Assembly: GCA_946401725.1 (NCBI GenBank)
Contig: CAMIVE010000001.1
Coordinates: forward strand, 72,724 to 136,723
Source of the DNA: an uncultured Bacteroidales bacterium
Lineage (GTDB): Bacteria; Bacteroidota; Bacteroidia; Bacteroidales; P3
DNA length: 64,000 nucleotides
Direction of reading: 5' to 3'
In this document: positions 53,205 through 64,000 of the stretch, piece after piece
How positions within the stretch are numbered: the stretch's first letter is position 1
Layout: each line of letters begins with the position of its first letter
Program-made: the position numbers and the translations under genes
The notes under the pieces: model-generated
The model's input: only the letters and a program-made list of their open reading frames with translations
Database searches by the model: none
What the model was told of the DNA's origin: nothing

Positions 53205-54881
53205 TCAGCCCTTGATATTCGGTTCTTCCAAGCCGTAGCCTTTCTTCTTGTCAACGGCCTTGAGGTAGACCGAGATAAGAAGCGCTGCGATACCGAGAGA
53301 AGCCAGCATAACGAGAGCCCATTTGTAGTCGTAGGGGACGAGGACACCTTCCTCACCGGCTTTGATGGCCTCTTTGGCCGCAACCACCGCCGCATTGTTG
53401 GCGTTGGAGCTTTCGAGCACGTTACCGATGAGTGTCGGGAACAGGCCGAGACCGATATTCTGGATCCAGAAGATAGCGGCATAAGCAGAACCGATAATCT
53501 TCTCGTCCACCAGCTTGGGCACCGAAGGCCACAGAGCGGCGGGCACCAGTGAGAAACTGGCTCCAAGCACCAAGATGGTGACATAGGCCACCACCACACC
53601 ACCGGCAGCAGAAGAAGCCGAGACACCGGGCAGTACAAAGGCGAAGGTCAGGTGGCAGACCACCAGAAGAATGGAGCCCAGCATCAGCATAGAGGCTGCC
53701 TTACCCTTGTGGTCGACATAGTTGCCAAGAATGGGAGTGATTGCCACTGCCAGCAGGGGGAACACGGCGAAGATAGTTTCGGCGGTGCCACGCATATAGC
53801 CCATATAGCAGTAGACTACCAGTGCCACTACGGCCAGACCCATCAGACCATATTTCAAGGCTTTGTTTTTCTTCATAAAATTGCTTGAGAAAGCGCAGAC
53901 TGCCACAACAAGCATGATCAGATACTGCACGATGGTCACCTTACTACCACCCCAGAAAGTGTTGGGATCGGCTTCTGTGAGGTCAAGGTTGCACTGCAGC
54001 ATATTGACAGCATATTTCTGGAAGGGGAAGATGGCGCTGTAGTAAAGCACGCAGAGCAGTGCCACCAGCCAGAAACCAAGGCTGGAGAAAATTTTGCCAA
54101 GGTCGCTGAATTTGAAAGGATCGTCCTTCTCTTCAGCTTCGCCAGTCTGGCTGTCGAGTTTTTTGTCCATGAAGAAATAGACGATGAACATGATCAGAGC
54201 GATGCAGAGCAGCACCACACCGAATTTAACTGCGTTGTCGACATGGATTCCGCCGCCGAGTTTGGCGAAGAAGGGCGAGAAAATCATACAGGTAGCCACA
54301 CCGAGACGGGCCAAAGCCATCTCTGAACCCATGGCCAGAGCCGTCTCACGACCCTTGAACCACTTGACAATACCGCGGCTCACAGTGATACCAGCCATTT
54401 CGCATCCACATCCGAAAATCATAAATCCACAGGCAGCCAGCTTGGCCGATGCAGGCATCCCGTCAACAAAAGGCAGAATGGCACCGATTATCGGCAAATC
54501 ACCATTCCAATTGAGGTGATTGGTAAACCAAGTTTCAAGTGCTGTGCCCATGAAAGCATCACTGACGGCATAGAACTTGATGGCACCGCCTACCAGCATC
54601 ACAGCACCCGAAAGAACAGCGGTGAAGCGAACGCCCATCTTGTCGAGGATGATACCTGCAAAGATGAGGAAGAATACATAGACGTTGAGGAACACCTCAG
54701 CGCCCTGCATACGACCAAAAGAGCCACTATCCCAGCCGCGGGTAGACTCCATATATTCTTTGATGGGCGACAATATATCCATAAAAATGTAGGCGCAAAA
54801 CATAGCGAGCGCCAAAAGCAAGAGAGCCGTCCAGCGCATTCCTGCACTGTCTCTCAGCGTCTTAATACCTGTTTGTGTCAT
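53205..54881 (-). CDS. MFS transporter
   Basis: About 12-14 TM helices. The likely start is MTQTGIKTLRD (54881), and the track lists an earlier ATG at 54917. Confidence 0.7.
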   Translation of the reverse strand: MTQTGIKTLRDSAGMRWTALLLLALAMFCAYIFMDILSPIKEYMESTRGWDSGSFGRMQGAEVFLNVYVFFLIFAGIILDKMGVRFTAVLSGAVMLVGGAIKFYAVSDAFMGTALETWFTNHLNWNGDLPIIGAILPFVDGMPASAKLAACGFMIFGCGCEMAGITVSRGIVKWFKGRETALAMGSEMALARLGVATCMIFSPFFAKLGGGIHVDNAVKFGVVLLCIALIMFIVYFFMDKKLDSQTGEAEEKDDPFKFSDLGKIFSSLGFWLVALLCVLYYSAIFPFQKYAVNMLQCNLDLTEADPNTFWGGSKVTIVQYLIMLVVAVCAFSSNFMKKNKALKYGLMGLAVVALVVYCYMGYMRGTAETIFAVFPLLAVAITPILGNYVDHKGKAASMLMLGSILLVVCHLTFAFVLPGVSASSAAGGVVVAYVTILVLGASFSLVPAALWPSVPKLVDEKIIGSAYAAIFWIQNIGLGLFPTLIGNVLESSNANNAAVVAAKEAIKAGEEGVLVPYDYKWALVMLASLGIAALLISVYLKAVDKKKGYGLEEPNIKG

Positions 54882-55034
54882 ATAATTTGTTTTTAATAAT
54901 TTTTTGCAAAAATACAAAAAATGATGAAAGTGGCAAAATAAAACTTGTTTTCAGACAAAAGGGAACAAAAAAAGTGGGGCTTCCATGATGGAAACCCCAC
55001 TTTTTGAATATGTGTCTGTCGACTAACGCGACGG

Positions 55035-58000
55035 TTAGCGAATCACAACGACACGTTTGGTCATTACGTTGCCAATCTTGACAATGTAGACACCCGTGAC
55101 AGGCATACGGAAGCTTTCCGTTTCACCAGCCTTGAGCGTCTTGGCCATCATACGGCCATTGATATCGAAGACATAGACATCGTAACCTTCGGCACCACGA
55201 ACCACAATGTTGTTCTCGGTGCTGTAGACGTTGACATTGAGACCGTCGACATCCTCGATACCGATACAGAGCGGAACGAATCTGGCCATAAGGGTCATGT
55301 CGCCTGTGACGGTAACGGTGATGGTATTGGTAGTATCACCAGTGCTCCAAGCCTCGAGTTTGTAGCCATCGTAAGGATCGGCCGTAACGGTGATGGTCTC
55401 ACCAGCCTGATAGGTGTACACGCCCGGAGCGGGAGTGGTGGTACCCATCATCGGGTCGTTGACAGCGATAGTGACGGTGTAGGTCTCACCATCGATAGGA
55501 GCAAAGATGAACTTCAGGTCCATAACCATACCTATATAGTCTTCGTCGACATACATTGTGTCAACAAATGCCTCACCGGGTACGATTTCCAGATCAGCAG
55601 CAGTGATGGTGTCACTAAACTCACCATAACCAGGAATACTAACGTATTCGTAGATGGCTGCAAGATAGTAGCCCTGGTTCGGTACAGCGTTCAGGTAGAT
55701 ATTGTCACCTTCAACATAATAGTGAGTACCGGGAGCAGGAGTCACAGTACCCCAGTTAGCGTTATTGACAGCGGTGATGAACGTCAAGCTGTCATGCTGC
55801 TCGGGAGGATTGCCAAGGGCGAAGTTGGCGGTAACATTCCAGATGTAGTCACCGTCGCCAGCCTCAACTTCCCAACCGCCGAAGAGATCGAACACATCTT
55901 CCACAGCGTAGTTGAAGGTAGTATCCATAAGGGTAGCACCTGAGGTATGGCTAACAAGGATGGTCCAGCCTTCCAGGTGGTAGCCTGTATTAGGCACAGC
56001 GACAACGCTGGCATCTTCACCCTCGTAGAAGTAATGGAGACCCGGAGCGGGGATGGTGGTACCCATGGTAGCGTCGTTCACAGCCACGGTAACCTGCATG
56101 CTGTCGCGGTCGCTCAGCGAACCAGCGGCAAACACAGCCTGGAGGGTAACGTCGGTAGCAGCCACGAAGGTGTAGGGGTTGGCAGTGCTGACAGTAGCAC
56201 CGAGGGTATCGACCCATTTCGAGAAATAGTAGCCCGTCGACGGGGTGGCGCTGACAGAGACGTTGTCGCCGATGGTGTAGATACCACCGCCAGCCACGCT
56301 ACCGTACATCGGGTTGTTCTGCGTCAGGGTAACCGTAATCTGGTTGGCACCGGCAGCTTCGCGGAGCTGGAAGTTGTCAATAGCGATACGGAACATGTTG
56401 GAGCAGTTCCAGTGACGGAAAGCCAGGTAGATGGTCTGACCAGCATAGGAGCTCAGGTCGATCACAGGTACATGACCGGCGGGAGTCAGCGTCCAATCCT
56501 GAATCAGGGTGAAGGCCGAGGTATCGGTAGTGGTGGTGGAAACAAAGATTCCATAATGTTCAGCAGGCCAGTTGGTATCCTGAGGATTGGCGTTCCAAGT
56601 TACCTCATAGTTGGTACCAGTAGCCAACTGGAACTGAGGAGTGATCAGCCAGTTGTCGGGATAAAGCACACCTACATTGTTGTCATAGGAAGCTGAATGC
56701 ATGGCACCGAGAAGGTTTTCCCAAGTGTAGCCGTCGCCATCGGCATCGATGGTGTTCCAGCAAGCGGGCATGACTGCGAAGTCCTGAGTGTAGGGGAAGG
56801 TCGAGATAACGGCGCAACCCGTGGAGGCGGTAATAGTAGCCATAGCCGAAGTATCGGTAGCGGAGCAGACAGCTTCAACACCGAAGGTGTAAGTAGAAGA
56901 GGCGGTAAGGCCAGTGAAGGTATAGGTGTTGGTGGTAACGTTCGCAACAAAGGTGGTTCCATTGTAGACATTGTAGCTGGCAGCGTTGCCGGTCCAGCTA
57001 ATAGTGACGCTATTCATAGTGGCATCGGTAAGGCTGACAACAGGCATGACACAGCTCGGGCAAGCATCGTTCAGAGTGAAGAAGACCACACCGCTCGTCA
57101 AAGTGCTGGCATCGCTAACAGTGTTAACTGTAGCACCACCGCCGTCGACGATGGAGAAGCTCACCTCATCGTCATAGGTGCTGCCGCTGGTCCAGCTGAA
57201 GGATACGGGAATACCGCTGCAAACACTCACCTGGAAGGTGTCATAGATAGTAGTGTTGTACAAACCCTGGTCAGCCATGTTGTAGGAAGCCACAACAGCG
57301 CCGTTCTGGGTGATGTTGAGGGTTGAGTTTTCCCAACCGTCGCCATATCCGTCTTGAGCGCAAATAGTTATCGTGCAGCTGCCACCAAGGCAATCGGTGA
57401 TAGCGGTAATAATGACAGCGGAGCTCTGGCTGCTGCCGCAGTCAGCAACAACGCCGAAAGTGTAAGCTGTGCTGGCGGTGAGACCGGTCACCTCGTAGCT
57501 GGTGGTAGTCACACCGGTAGCCACGACGCTACCCATAGCATTATAGATATTATAGCTGTTGGCAGTGCCGTTCCAGCTCAAGAAAACACTGGTAGCGGTC
57601 ACGCTGTCAACGGTAAGGTCAGTAACAGGCATACATGAAGGAGGTTCGTTGAAAACAACGCTGTCGATAGCGACACCGTAGCCATAACCGTCGGTCATTT
57701 CGAAGGCAACCTGATAAACCTCACCAGGGATGAGGACGTTGTCGACAGTCCAGGTAGAAATCTCAGTGGTGTATTCAGCCACCTGCTGCCAAGCGCTGTC
57801 GGCACCAGCACGGTAGTAAACACGGAGTTCATCCTGGTCGCCACTCCAAGCGCGCTGGATGTGGGCATAAGTCAACTGGATACCATCGGTAACATTGTCA
57901 AGAACCGGGGAGATGAGTTTGGTGACATTACCCGTAGAGCTATGGGTGATCTTGGCATTGGCAGCGCCTTCAAAAGCGCCGGTAGTAGCACTGTAGTCAC

Positions 58001-60566
58001 CAGTACCGACGGTCCAGTTGCCGGCACCTTCGGTGCTCCAGCAGCCAAGGGTGTTGCTGGTAGCCTCGAATCCTTCGGTGAAGGGAATCATAACGGCGGT
58101 GCAAGGAGTGCTGAAGGAGACGGAAACCATCTGGCTTTCATCGCTGCTGCAAACGGCAGTCACACCATAGGTGTAGTTGGTCATAGCAGTGAGACCCGTG
58201 AGAACGATGGAGGTGTCGCTGACATTCTGGTAAAGGGTGGTGTCGGTAGCGGTAATGGTGTAGACATTATAGCTGGTGGCAGTGCCTTCCCAAGTCAGGG
58301 TAGCGCCAGTCTCGGTAATATTACTAACAGTCAAGTTAGTGGGAGCATAGCAGATATCGCCGGTGCTTTCGCTAATGGTGATATTGTCGATGGCGATACG
58401 GTTGTCATAGGGGCTGGTGCCACTAGTGCTACCGCCATAGATAGCGAAACGGACATTATAACCAGTATAACCAGTGACAGGAACATATACTGTGGTGTAA
58501 GTACCCGTGAGGGCGTTAAGATCATTCTGTGCAAGCACGTGAAGTGTACTGAAGGTAGTACCGCCGTCGGTGCTGATAGCGATGGCCAACGTGTCGTTGT
58601 CGTCATAGTTGGGTGCAGCAGCGCTCCAAGCAGAGGCAGCCACGTCGAGAGTCAACAGTGCGTCGCCAGTGATTTCGATAAGCGGAGTGACAGCCCAATA
58701 CTTATTTGAACTATAGAGGTTCATCGTCAGAGCCTTGCCGCTGATGGTGATATAGCTGCCATAGGTGGTGTTGAGCGTCCAAGCAGATGTACTGGTAGTT
58801 GGGGTACCTGCACCGCCATTGTATTGACCGCTCAAGAACGACCAGCAAGGTGACTTGGCAGTCCAGTTGTCAAAGTTTTCGCTCCAAGGCATGGTCTCGG
58901 AAGCACAGGCTGTAGTAGCACTGATAGTCATAACAGAAGCATCACCTGAAGCACAGTTGGCCTGAACGCCAAAGGTATAGCTGGTGTTGGGAGTAAGGTT
59001 GGTAACAGTGTAGTTTGTACCGGTAATATTGTTGTCAATAAGAACCTGAGTACCGTTTGCAATACTGTACACAGAGTAGGTGGTGGTAGAGGCATTGCTG
59101 TTGTCACTCCACGAAAGATCGACGCTGGTGGAAGTAATGTTGCTGGTTGCAAGACCGGAAATCTCAAAGCAGGAAGGCATCTCTTCGAGAGTGACATCGT
59201 CGATGCAGAGATAACCGGAAGAACTTTTCACCAACATAATGGCAACATAAGGTGCCGTGCTCGTAGCCGTTGTCAAGGGAACGGAGTAGAGAGTATGTGT
59301 GGTGCCGCTGATAGCCACAGTCGAGACAGGAACAAAAGTACTCATATCTGTAGGATCGGTCATTGTACCTATCTGGACATTCTTGGTGTTGGTACCAGTG
59401 GACACACGGCCCCAGAAGGTGAGGCGGTTGCCGTTCATCGGGTATGTGTTTACATCAATTTCCGGCAGTATGGCAACCATAGTGTCAGGGTAGGTCGTGC
59501 CGGTGCCGTCATAAAAATAGAGCAGACGGCTGCCGCCGTGAGCATAGGAAGTACTGCTATAACTGTAGGGATAGTAGGTGTAGCTACCTGTACCCGATGC
59601 GTAGCGATGCCAGCAGAAAGGCAATGCATCGGCATTGGGCGTAGTAGCATAAAGATCACTAGCCTCGAAGCCCATAGTGTAAGGCAAGCTCATAGCTGCG
59701 CAAGCTGTGCGGAAGGTTACAGAACGCATAACACTCTCGCCATCGGCTCCACAATCGGCAACAACACCGAAGGTGTATTCTGTGTTGGGTTGGAGCGTGT
59801 TGAAAACAGCAAAGGTATCTGTATACATATAATCAGCTGAATCGACACATGCATACTCATAAACAGTGTATCCGGAAGCATTACCACTCCAGCTCAGCGT
59901 AGCAGTAGTGCTGGTAATGTCTGTAACAACAAGGTTTTCAACCGGGGGGCAGGTGTTGGCCGTACCGCCGGTGAAAGTGAAGGTAGTCTTGGGGATGAAA
60001 GCACGGGTAGCACCAGTAATGGCAGACACACTGGTTCCGTTGTTACCCTGCCAACTTGCGCCAGTAGCGGAAACACCATAGAACGAGGCACTATTATAGG
60101 TACCTTCAAGTGTGTTGTAGATTTCAATCAGTAGGTTACCTCCCTGATAGGTGTAAGGCGTAGTGAAGGTGATGTTCATTGTGGACTGCGTTGCATCCAA
60201 CGAGCCGGTGTAAACCGTCGTTGCATCGGTCATATCCACAAAGGCCGACAACGTAGTAGCCGACACCTCTTTAATATTGACCACAAAAGAGGCTGTACCC
60301 CACGAATCAGCAGCGGGCGAGCTCAAATAGTAGGTCAATCCCGTGATAGTTCCACCAGTCATATAGTAATTGGTGGCAGCGCCTAAAATTTCGCTGGCGG
60401 GATAGATGGTCTGGCAGCGCACGAAGTCGTCAACATAAAAGCCATAGACCGGTACATACGAGTTGGTCGTTGTGCCGTCGGCCACTGTCAACGTGTTCTG
60501 CGCTTGCGATGCGAACGGTAGCAGCATAGCCACCGAGAGCATCAATGTTCGTAGAAACTTTTTCAT
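55035..60566 (-). CDS. Giant (1843 aa) modular cell-surface protein with FN3-like repeats, InlB-B-repeat-like modules and a T9SS C-terminal sorting domain
   Basis: Signal peptide. At least five FN3-like units each end ...YTFGV.A.C (for example TNLTVSNITETGATLTWEGTATSYNVY...NYTYGVTAVC). Four ...GT..PAPG.H.Y..G......A.P..GY.L..W modules follow. The terminal GVYIVKIGNVMTKRVVVIR forms the CTD. Confidence 0.8.
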   Translation of the reverse strand: MKKFLRTLMLSVAMLLPFASQAQNTLTVADGTTTNSYVPVYGFYVDDFVRCQTIYPASEILGAATNYYMTGGTITGLTYYLSSPAADSWGTASFVVNIKEVSATTLSAFVDMTDATTVYTGSLDATQSTMNITFTTPYTYQGGNLLIEIYNTLEGTYNSASFYGVSATGASWQGNNGTSVSAITGATRAFIPKTTFTFTGGTANTCPPVENLVVTDITSTTATLSWSGNASGYTVYEYACVDSADYMYTDTFAVFNTLQPNTEYTFGVVADCGADGESVMRSVTFRTACAAMSLPYTMGFEASDLYATTPNADALPFCWHRYASGTGSYTYYPYSYSSTSYAHGGSRLLYFYDGTGTTYPDTMVAILPEIDVNTYPMNGNRLTFWGRVSTGTNTKNVQIGTMTDPTDMSTFVPVSTVAISGTTHTLYSVPLTTATSTAPYVAIMLVKSSSGYLCIDDVTLEEMPSCFEISGLATSNITSTSVDLSWSDNSNASTTTYSVYSIANGTQVLIDNNITGTNYTVTNLTPNTSYTFGVQANCASGDASVMTISATTACASETMPWSENFDNWTAKSPCWSFLSGQYNGGAGTPTTSTSAWTLNTTYGSYITISGKALTMNLYSSNKYWAVTPLIEITGDALLTLDVAASAWSAAAPNYDDNDTLAIAISTDGGTTFSTLHVLAQNDLNALTGTYTTVYVPVTGYTGYNVRFAIYGGSTSGTSPYDNRIAIDNITISESTGDICYAPTNLTVSNITETGATLTWEGTATSYNVYTITATDTTLYQNVSDTSIVLTGLTAMTNYTYGVTAVCSSDESQMVSVSFSTPCTAVMIPFTEGFEATSNTLGCWSTEGAGNWTVGTGDYSATTGAFEGAANAKITHSSTGNVTKLISPVLDNVTDGIQLTYAHIQRAWSGDQDELRVYYRAGADSAWQQVAEYTTEISTWTVDNVLIPGEVYQVAFEMTDGYGYGVAIDSVVFNEPPSCMPVTDLTVDSVTATSVFLSWNGTANSYNIYNAMGSVVATGVTTTSYEVTGLTASTAYTFGVVADCGSSQSSAVIITAITDCLGGSCTITICAQDGYGDGWENSTLNITQNGAVVASYNMADQGLYNTTIYDTFQVSVCSGIPVSFSWTSGSTYDDEVSFSIVDGGGATVNTVSDASTLTSGVVFFTLNDACPSCVMPVVSLTDATMNSVTISWTGNAASYNVYNGTTFVANVTTNTYTFTGLTASSTYTFGVEAVCSATDTSAMATITASTGCAVISTFPYTQDFAVMPACWNTIDADGDGYTWENLLGAMHSASYDNNVGVLYPDNWLITPQFQLATGTNYEVTWNANPQDTNWPAEHYGIFVSTTTTDTSAFTLIQDWTLTPAGHVPVIDLSSYAGQTIYLAFRHWNCSNMFRIAIDNFQLREAAGANQITVTLTQNNPMYGSVAGGGIYTIGDNVSVSATPSTGYYFSKWVDTLGATVSTANPYTFVAATDVTLQAVFAAGSLSDRDSMQVTVAVNDATMGTTIPAPGLHYFYEGEDASVVAVPNTGYHLEGWTILVSHTSGATLMDTTFNYAVEDVFDLFGGWEVEAGDGDYIWNVTANFALGNPPEQHDSLTFITAVNNANWGTVTPAPGTHYYVEGDNIYLNAVPNQGYYLAAIYEYVSIPGYGEFSDTITAADLEIVPGEAFVDTMYVDEDYIGMVMDLKFIFAPIDGETYTVTIAVNDPMMGTTTPAPGVYTYQAGETITVTADPYDGYKLEAWSTGDTTNTITVTVTGDMTLMARFVPLCIGIEDVDGLNVNVYSTENNIVVRGAEGYDVYVFDINGRMMAKTLKAGETESFRMPVTGVYIVKIGNVMTKRVVVIR

Positions 60567-60691
60567 AATTTTATAAATTAATTGTTAAAAAAGGTTTTCT
60601 TAAAAATAGTTAAACTAACTGTCTGTATTTATGCATTTTGAAATGTTTGGAAATGCAAAAATACAACTTTTTTTTAATCTGCAAAAAAAAA

Positions 60692-61966
60692 TTACTCTAC
60701 ATTGACAATGAAGTAGTTCTTCTTGCCTTTCTGGATGAGAATGCAGCCGCTGTTGAGAATATGGGAAGAATTCAGCACACACCCTTCAGCGACCTTTTCC
60801 TTGTTGACAGAAATGCTGTTTTGCTTCAGTTCGCGACGGATTTCCCCTTTCGAGGCGAACATGCCGACCTCGGCAGCCAAATCAATCAAAGGCGCACCCG
60901 CTTCAATGACAGAGCGGCTGACGTTGAACTGCGGCACACCTTCGAAGACGCTGAGCAGCGTGTCGCGGTCCAAGGCATTGAGTTGTTCGGTGGTACCTTT
61001 GCCAAAAAGCAGTTCGGAAGCCGCCACAGCGCCATCGTATGCCGCTTGTCCATGGACACGGATAGTGATATCCTTTGCCAGTGCCTTCTGCAGAACACGA
61101 CGTTCCGGCGCTTCAGCATGCTGGCGTTCCAATTCCTCCACCTCCTCTTTTGAGAAGAGCGTGAAGATACGGATATATTTAGCCGTGTCGACATCCGAGC
61201 AGTTGAGCCAGAACTGATAGAATTTATAAGGAGATGTTTTCTCTGCATCGAGCCACACATTGCCGCCTTCCGTCTTGCCAAATTTGGTGCCGTCGGCTTT
61301 GGTGATAAGCGGACAGGTCAGAGCGAAAGCCTCGCCGCCTTCCATGCGGCGGATAAGCTCGGTACCGGTGGTAATGTTGCCCCACTGGTCGCTGCCTCCC
61401 ATCTGAAGTTTGCACCCCTTGGTACGGTAAAGGGTGAGAAAATCATAGCCTTGAAGAAGCTGGTAACTGAATTCCGTGAAAGAAATGCCCGTCTCCATAC
61501 GTTTCTTGACACTGTCTTTGGTCATCATGTAGTTGACCGTGATATGCTTGCCCACATCGCGGATAAAATCGAGGAAAAGATAGTCTTTCATCCAGTCGTA
61601 ATTGTTGAGGATTTCGGCGCCGTTGACTTCATTGTTGAAATCCAGGAAACGTTCCAACTGTTTGCGGATGCAGCTGACATTGTGTTGGATTTCCTCAACG
61701 GTGAGCAGTTTACGTTCGGCAGCCTTGAACGAAGGGTCGCCAATCATTCCCGTGGCACCACCCACTACCGCCAACGGCTTGTGACCTGCCATCTGCAGGT
61801 GTTTCAAAAGCATGATGCTTACAAGGTGACCTATATGAAGGCTGTCGGCGGTGGGATCAATCCCCACGTAAGCCGTCGTCATCTCTTTGTTCAACTGTTC
61901 TTCTGTACCCGGCATCATGTCGTGGATCATGCCGCGCCATTTCAATTCTTCTACTAAATTGGCCAT
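60692..61966 (-). CDS. tyrS: Tyrosine--tRNA ligase
   Basis: HIGH motif (DSLHIGH), KMSKS-type KFGKT, and a C-terminal S4-like domain. Confidence 0.9.
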   Translation of the reverse strand: MANLVEELKWRGMIHDMMPGTEEQLNKEMTTAYVGIDPTADSLHIGHLVSIMLLKHLQMAGHKPLAVVGGATGMIGDPSFKAAERKLLTVEEIQHNVSCIRKQLERFLDFNNEVNGAEILNNYDWMKDYLFLDFIRDVGKHITVNYMMTKDSVKKRMETGISFTEFSYQLLQGYDFLTLYRTKGCKLQMGGSDQWGNITTGTELIRRMEGGEAFALTCPLITKADGTKFGKTEGGNVWLDAEKTSPYKFYQFWLNCSDVDTAKYIRIFTLFSKEEVEELERQHAEAPERRVLQKALAKDITIRVHGQAAYDGAVAASELLFGKGTTEQLNALDRDTLLSVFEGVPQFNVSRSVIEAGAPLIDLAAEVGMFASKGEIRRELKQNSISVNKEKVAEGCVLNSSHILNSGCILIQKGKKNYFIVNVE

Positions 61967-62082
61967 TACTAAGTAAATGATTTTTAATATTTAAGGTTAA
62001 AAAGGTTCTTTATTTAACGATTTACGCTAAAAAATGTTTCATGCCTATTATAATATGTATATAATACATTATTATATTTCGC

Positions 62083-62119
62083 AAAAAAAAAGAGGTACCG
62101 CTTTGCAGTCAGTACCTCT
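62083..62119 (-). terminator. Rho-independent terminator of the downstream T9SS cargo gene
   Basis: AGAGGTAC-N13-GTACCTCT (62091-62119) followed on the minus strand by a U9 tract (A-run 62083-62091). It lies 19 nt below the stop at 62138. Confidence 0.7.
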
Positions 62120-62137
62120 TTCTCTATTTAATTATTA

Positions 62138-64000
62138 TTATCTGACGATCAGTTTGGAAGTAGCCGACTCCTTGCCAAGGTTGATGTTCACCAGGTACAT
62201 GCCATGGTTGAACTTAGTGCAATCAAGGCTATACAGGTGAACGCCCTCGTTGAGGTGACCAAGCTTTTCGCTGTGGACCAATTTACCATTGATGTCATAG
62301 ATCATCACAACAGCATTGCCACCATTGGCAACAGTGAGTTCAACAGTTGCACGATCAACAACAGGGTTCGGATAGATCTTCACTTGGTTTTGACCCTTGT
62401 CGACAGTCTGGATACCCACCCAGTCTTCGGGGTTGCTGATTTCGTTCTCGTGATCGGTTACATAAGTGGTATCCATGAAAACGCCACGGCCATAAGTACC
62501 GAAATAGATAGCGTAGGGATATTTGGTCTTGGCGAAGAGATAGGTAGCCATGTTTACACCGTCACGGACTTGGTAGCGCTGACGCTGCAGGGAATTGGTC
62601 TGCTGGATAATGGAAGTCACAGGAACACCGTTAAAGGAACCGAAGGTCTGCCAAGAGGGATTCGTATGGGAGGTAGAGATGAAAACACCTTTTTCCGTAC
62701 CAGCATAGATATTGCCATGCGTGCATTCAATCATAGCAGAGTATACCGGGTCAGCAGTACCCATGCCCGAGTTGGCATCGGTGACGGAGAGATCGGTAAC
62801 GGTACGAGTAGCAGGATTGCCTGCATTCTTGACATAAACCACATTGGGTTCGAGCGTCTGATAGCCACCGAAAGTGAGAATCAAGTTATCCTGACCGTCA
62901 CGCGGGTCAACAGCAATGGAAGTCAACGGACGTTTGAAGAAACCACCGTCGGAAGCGAAGATGGTATCGAAATGAGTGATACGGCTCATACCGTCGAAGT
63001 CTCTGGTGAAAGCCAGCTGTGCTTTGAAAGTAGTGCTATTGTTCACATTCGTCTTCTCAAAATCGTAGACACGGAAGATGAAACTTTTGTCAGTGGCATC
63101 TTCAACCACATTGATATAGATGCTCTTTCCGTCGCGGCTGAAAGCAAAGTCACGAACGCTGTAACCATAATCGGCACGATAGATAGGAGCCCAGTGCATC
63201 AGTTTCTCAAGGTCATCACCCGAAGCATTCAGCGATTCATTATAATCCCACACATTACGGAAGTAGTTGGGGGTGGCATTGATAAAGAGGCACGACAGAT
63301 CGCCATTATCGCGTCCGTTGACAAGCATACGGCTGACGACAGGATTGTGAATCTTGTGAGTCAGATGTTCTCTAACCACAAAGGAAGAGTTGAAGCGATA
63401 GAAGAAAGGATAGTCGAAGTTGGGTCTGGAGGAAACCAGAATACTGTCGCCAGGAACAATGACGGTACCACCTTCAAGCTGCGTCTCGACACCATTGTGA
63501 TAATACGTAAGGTTGGTATCGATAGTGAAAGTGATGCTGTCGTTCCAGATGGTGTTATGGGTAGTCTCCCAGAGTTTCATCTGCGGAATGGGATCACTGC
63601 TTGCAACAGCGTTGGAGAGGAAAGCCTCACCGATTGTCCAAGTCTGGGTGTTGGTGTAGTCGGCATAGTCCGTGCAGGCACGACCCATACTAGCCACAGA
63701 ACTGACAGAAGATCCCTGATAGACGAAATGACCCGGTTCTGCCGACACAAAGATGTTGCGACGCGTGTTGGGAAGAATCTGCTGGAACATGGAGGAAGCC
63801 ACGCCACCGCCATTACCCACGAAAGTGATATTGCCCATGTGGTTCATAATCGAGGTGCTCGACTGATCATACCAAGTGGAATCACCATAGAAATAAACAC
63901 TGTCCTGATAAGCGTTATGGGCATTACGGGACTGGATGAACGGGCAACCGTTATCGACTGCGCCACCGATGATGGAGCCATCAGGAGAAACAGCGATATG
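62138..64000 (-). CDS. T9SS-sorted secreted protein (N-terminus lies beyond the window)
   Basis: I checked by hand that the frame stays open upstream of the track's ATG (63847) to position 64000. The C-terminal KIYPNPVVDRATVEL...GMYLVNINLGKESATSKLIVR forms a T9SS CTD. Confidence 0.7.
   Translation of the reverse strand, partial: HIAVSPDGSIIGGAVDNGCPFIQSRNAHNAYQDSVYFYGDSTWYDQSSTSIMNHMGNITFVGNGGGVASSMFQQILPNTRRNIFVSAEPGHFVYQGSSVSSVASMGRACTDYADYTNTQTWTIGEAFLSNAVASSDPIPQMKLWETTHNTIWNDSITFTIDTNLTYYHNGVETQLEGGTVIVPGDSILVSSRPNFDYPFFYRFNSSFVVREHLTHKIHNPVVSRMLVNGRDNGDLSCLFINATPNYFRNVWDYNESLNASGDDLEKLMHWAPIYRADYGYSVRDFAFSRDGKSIYINVVEDATDKSFIFRVYDFEKTNVNNSTTFKAQLAFTRDFDGMSRITHFDTIFASDGGFFKRPLTSIAVDPRDGQDNLILTFGGYQTLEPNVVYVKNAGNPATRTVTDLSVTDANSGMGTADPVYSAMIECTHGNIYAGTEKGVFISTSHTNPSWQTFGSFNGVPVTSIIQQTNSLQRQRYQVRDGVNMATYLFAKTKYPYAIYFGTYGRGVFMDTTYVTDHENEISNPEDWVGIQTVDKGQNQVKIYPNPVVDRATVELTVANGGNAVVMIYDINGKLVHSEKLGHLNEGVHLYSLDCTKFNHGMYLVNINLGKESATSKLIVR

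Noticed and set aside
60668-60691. A T8...A9 inverted homopolymer pair immediately after the tyrS stop.
   Set aside because: A pure A-U helix is too weak to call a terminator or a phase-variable tract, and it lies outside any coding region.
1-64000. A search by eye for rRNA, tRNA (GGTTCGAATCC-like T-arms), CRISPR arrays, IS elements or transposase genes.
   Set aside because: None found. The only exact tandem repeat is the 24-bp x3 array inside a coding region, and intergenic regions are too short for structured RNA genes apart from the hairpins listed.

Overview
This window looks like a Bacteroidales (Prevotella-like) chromosomal segment. The evidence is TAnnTTTG-type promoter boxes, three proteins with T9SS C-terminal sorting domains, a BspA-type LRR protein and a Na+-translocating methylmalonyl-CoA decarboxylase operon. 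Most of it is G+C-rich core genome: ompA-like, an M28 peptidase, a porin/imelysin/di-haem/CcsBA operon, mce-mmdA-oadG-BCCP-mmdB, dxs, dapD, prmA, truA, ruvC, secA, tyrS, hydE, a TonB-dependent receptor, transporters and glycosyltransferases. I found no rRNA, tRNA or CRISPR array. The clear accessory element is an AT-rich islet of about 6 kb (about 34.7-40.9 kb) with four tightly packed minus-strand genes. These are a TcmP-like 'three-Cys-motif partner' protein and a DUF5131 (phage Gp37/Gp68-like) three-Cys protein, a conserved pair with no known function as far as I know. They sit with a BcgI-like fused endonuclease-methyltransferase and an HsdS-like specificity subunit. The specificity gene has a perfect 3 x 24-bp tandem repeat in its spacer helix, no in-frame ATG ahead of its first recognition domain, and an unassigned C-terminal domain of about 170 aa. 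This cluster is my best candidate for an undescribed DNA-modification or defence system. Secondary oddities include a 17-Cys lipoprotein inside the mmd operon, a T9SS-secreted agmatine-deiminase/PAD-like enzyme, a 1843-aa modular surface protein and a duplicated promoter-proximal element. All family calls come from motif recognition by eye. No searches were run.
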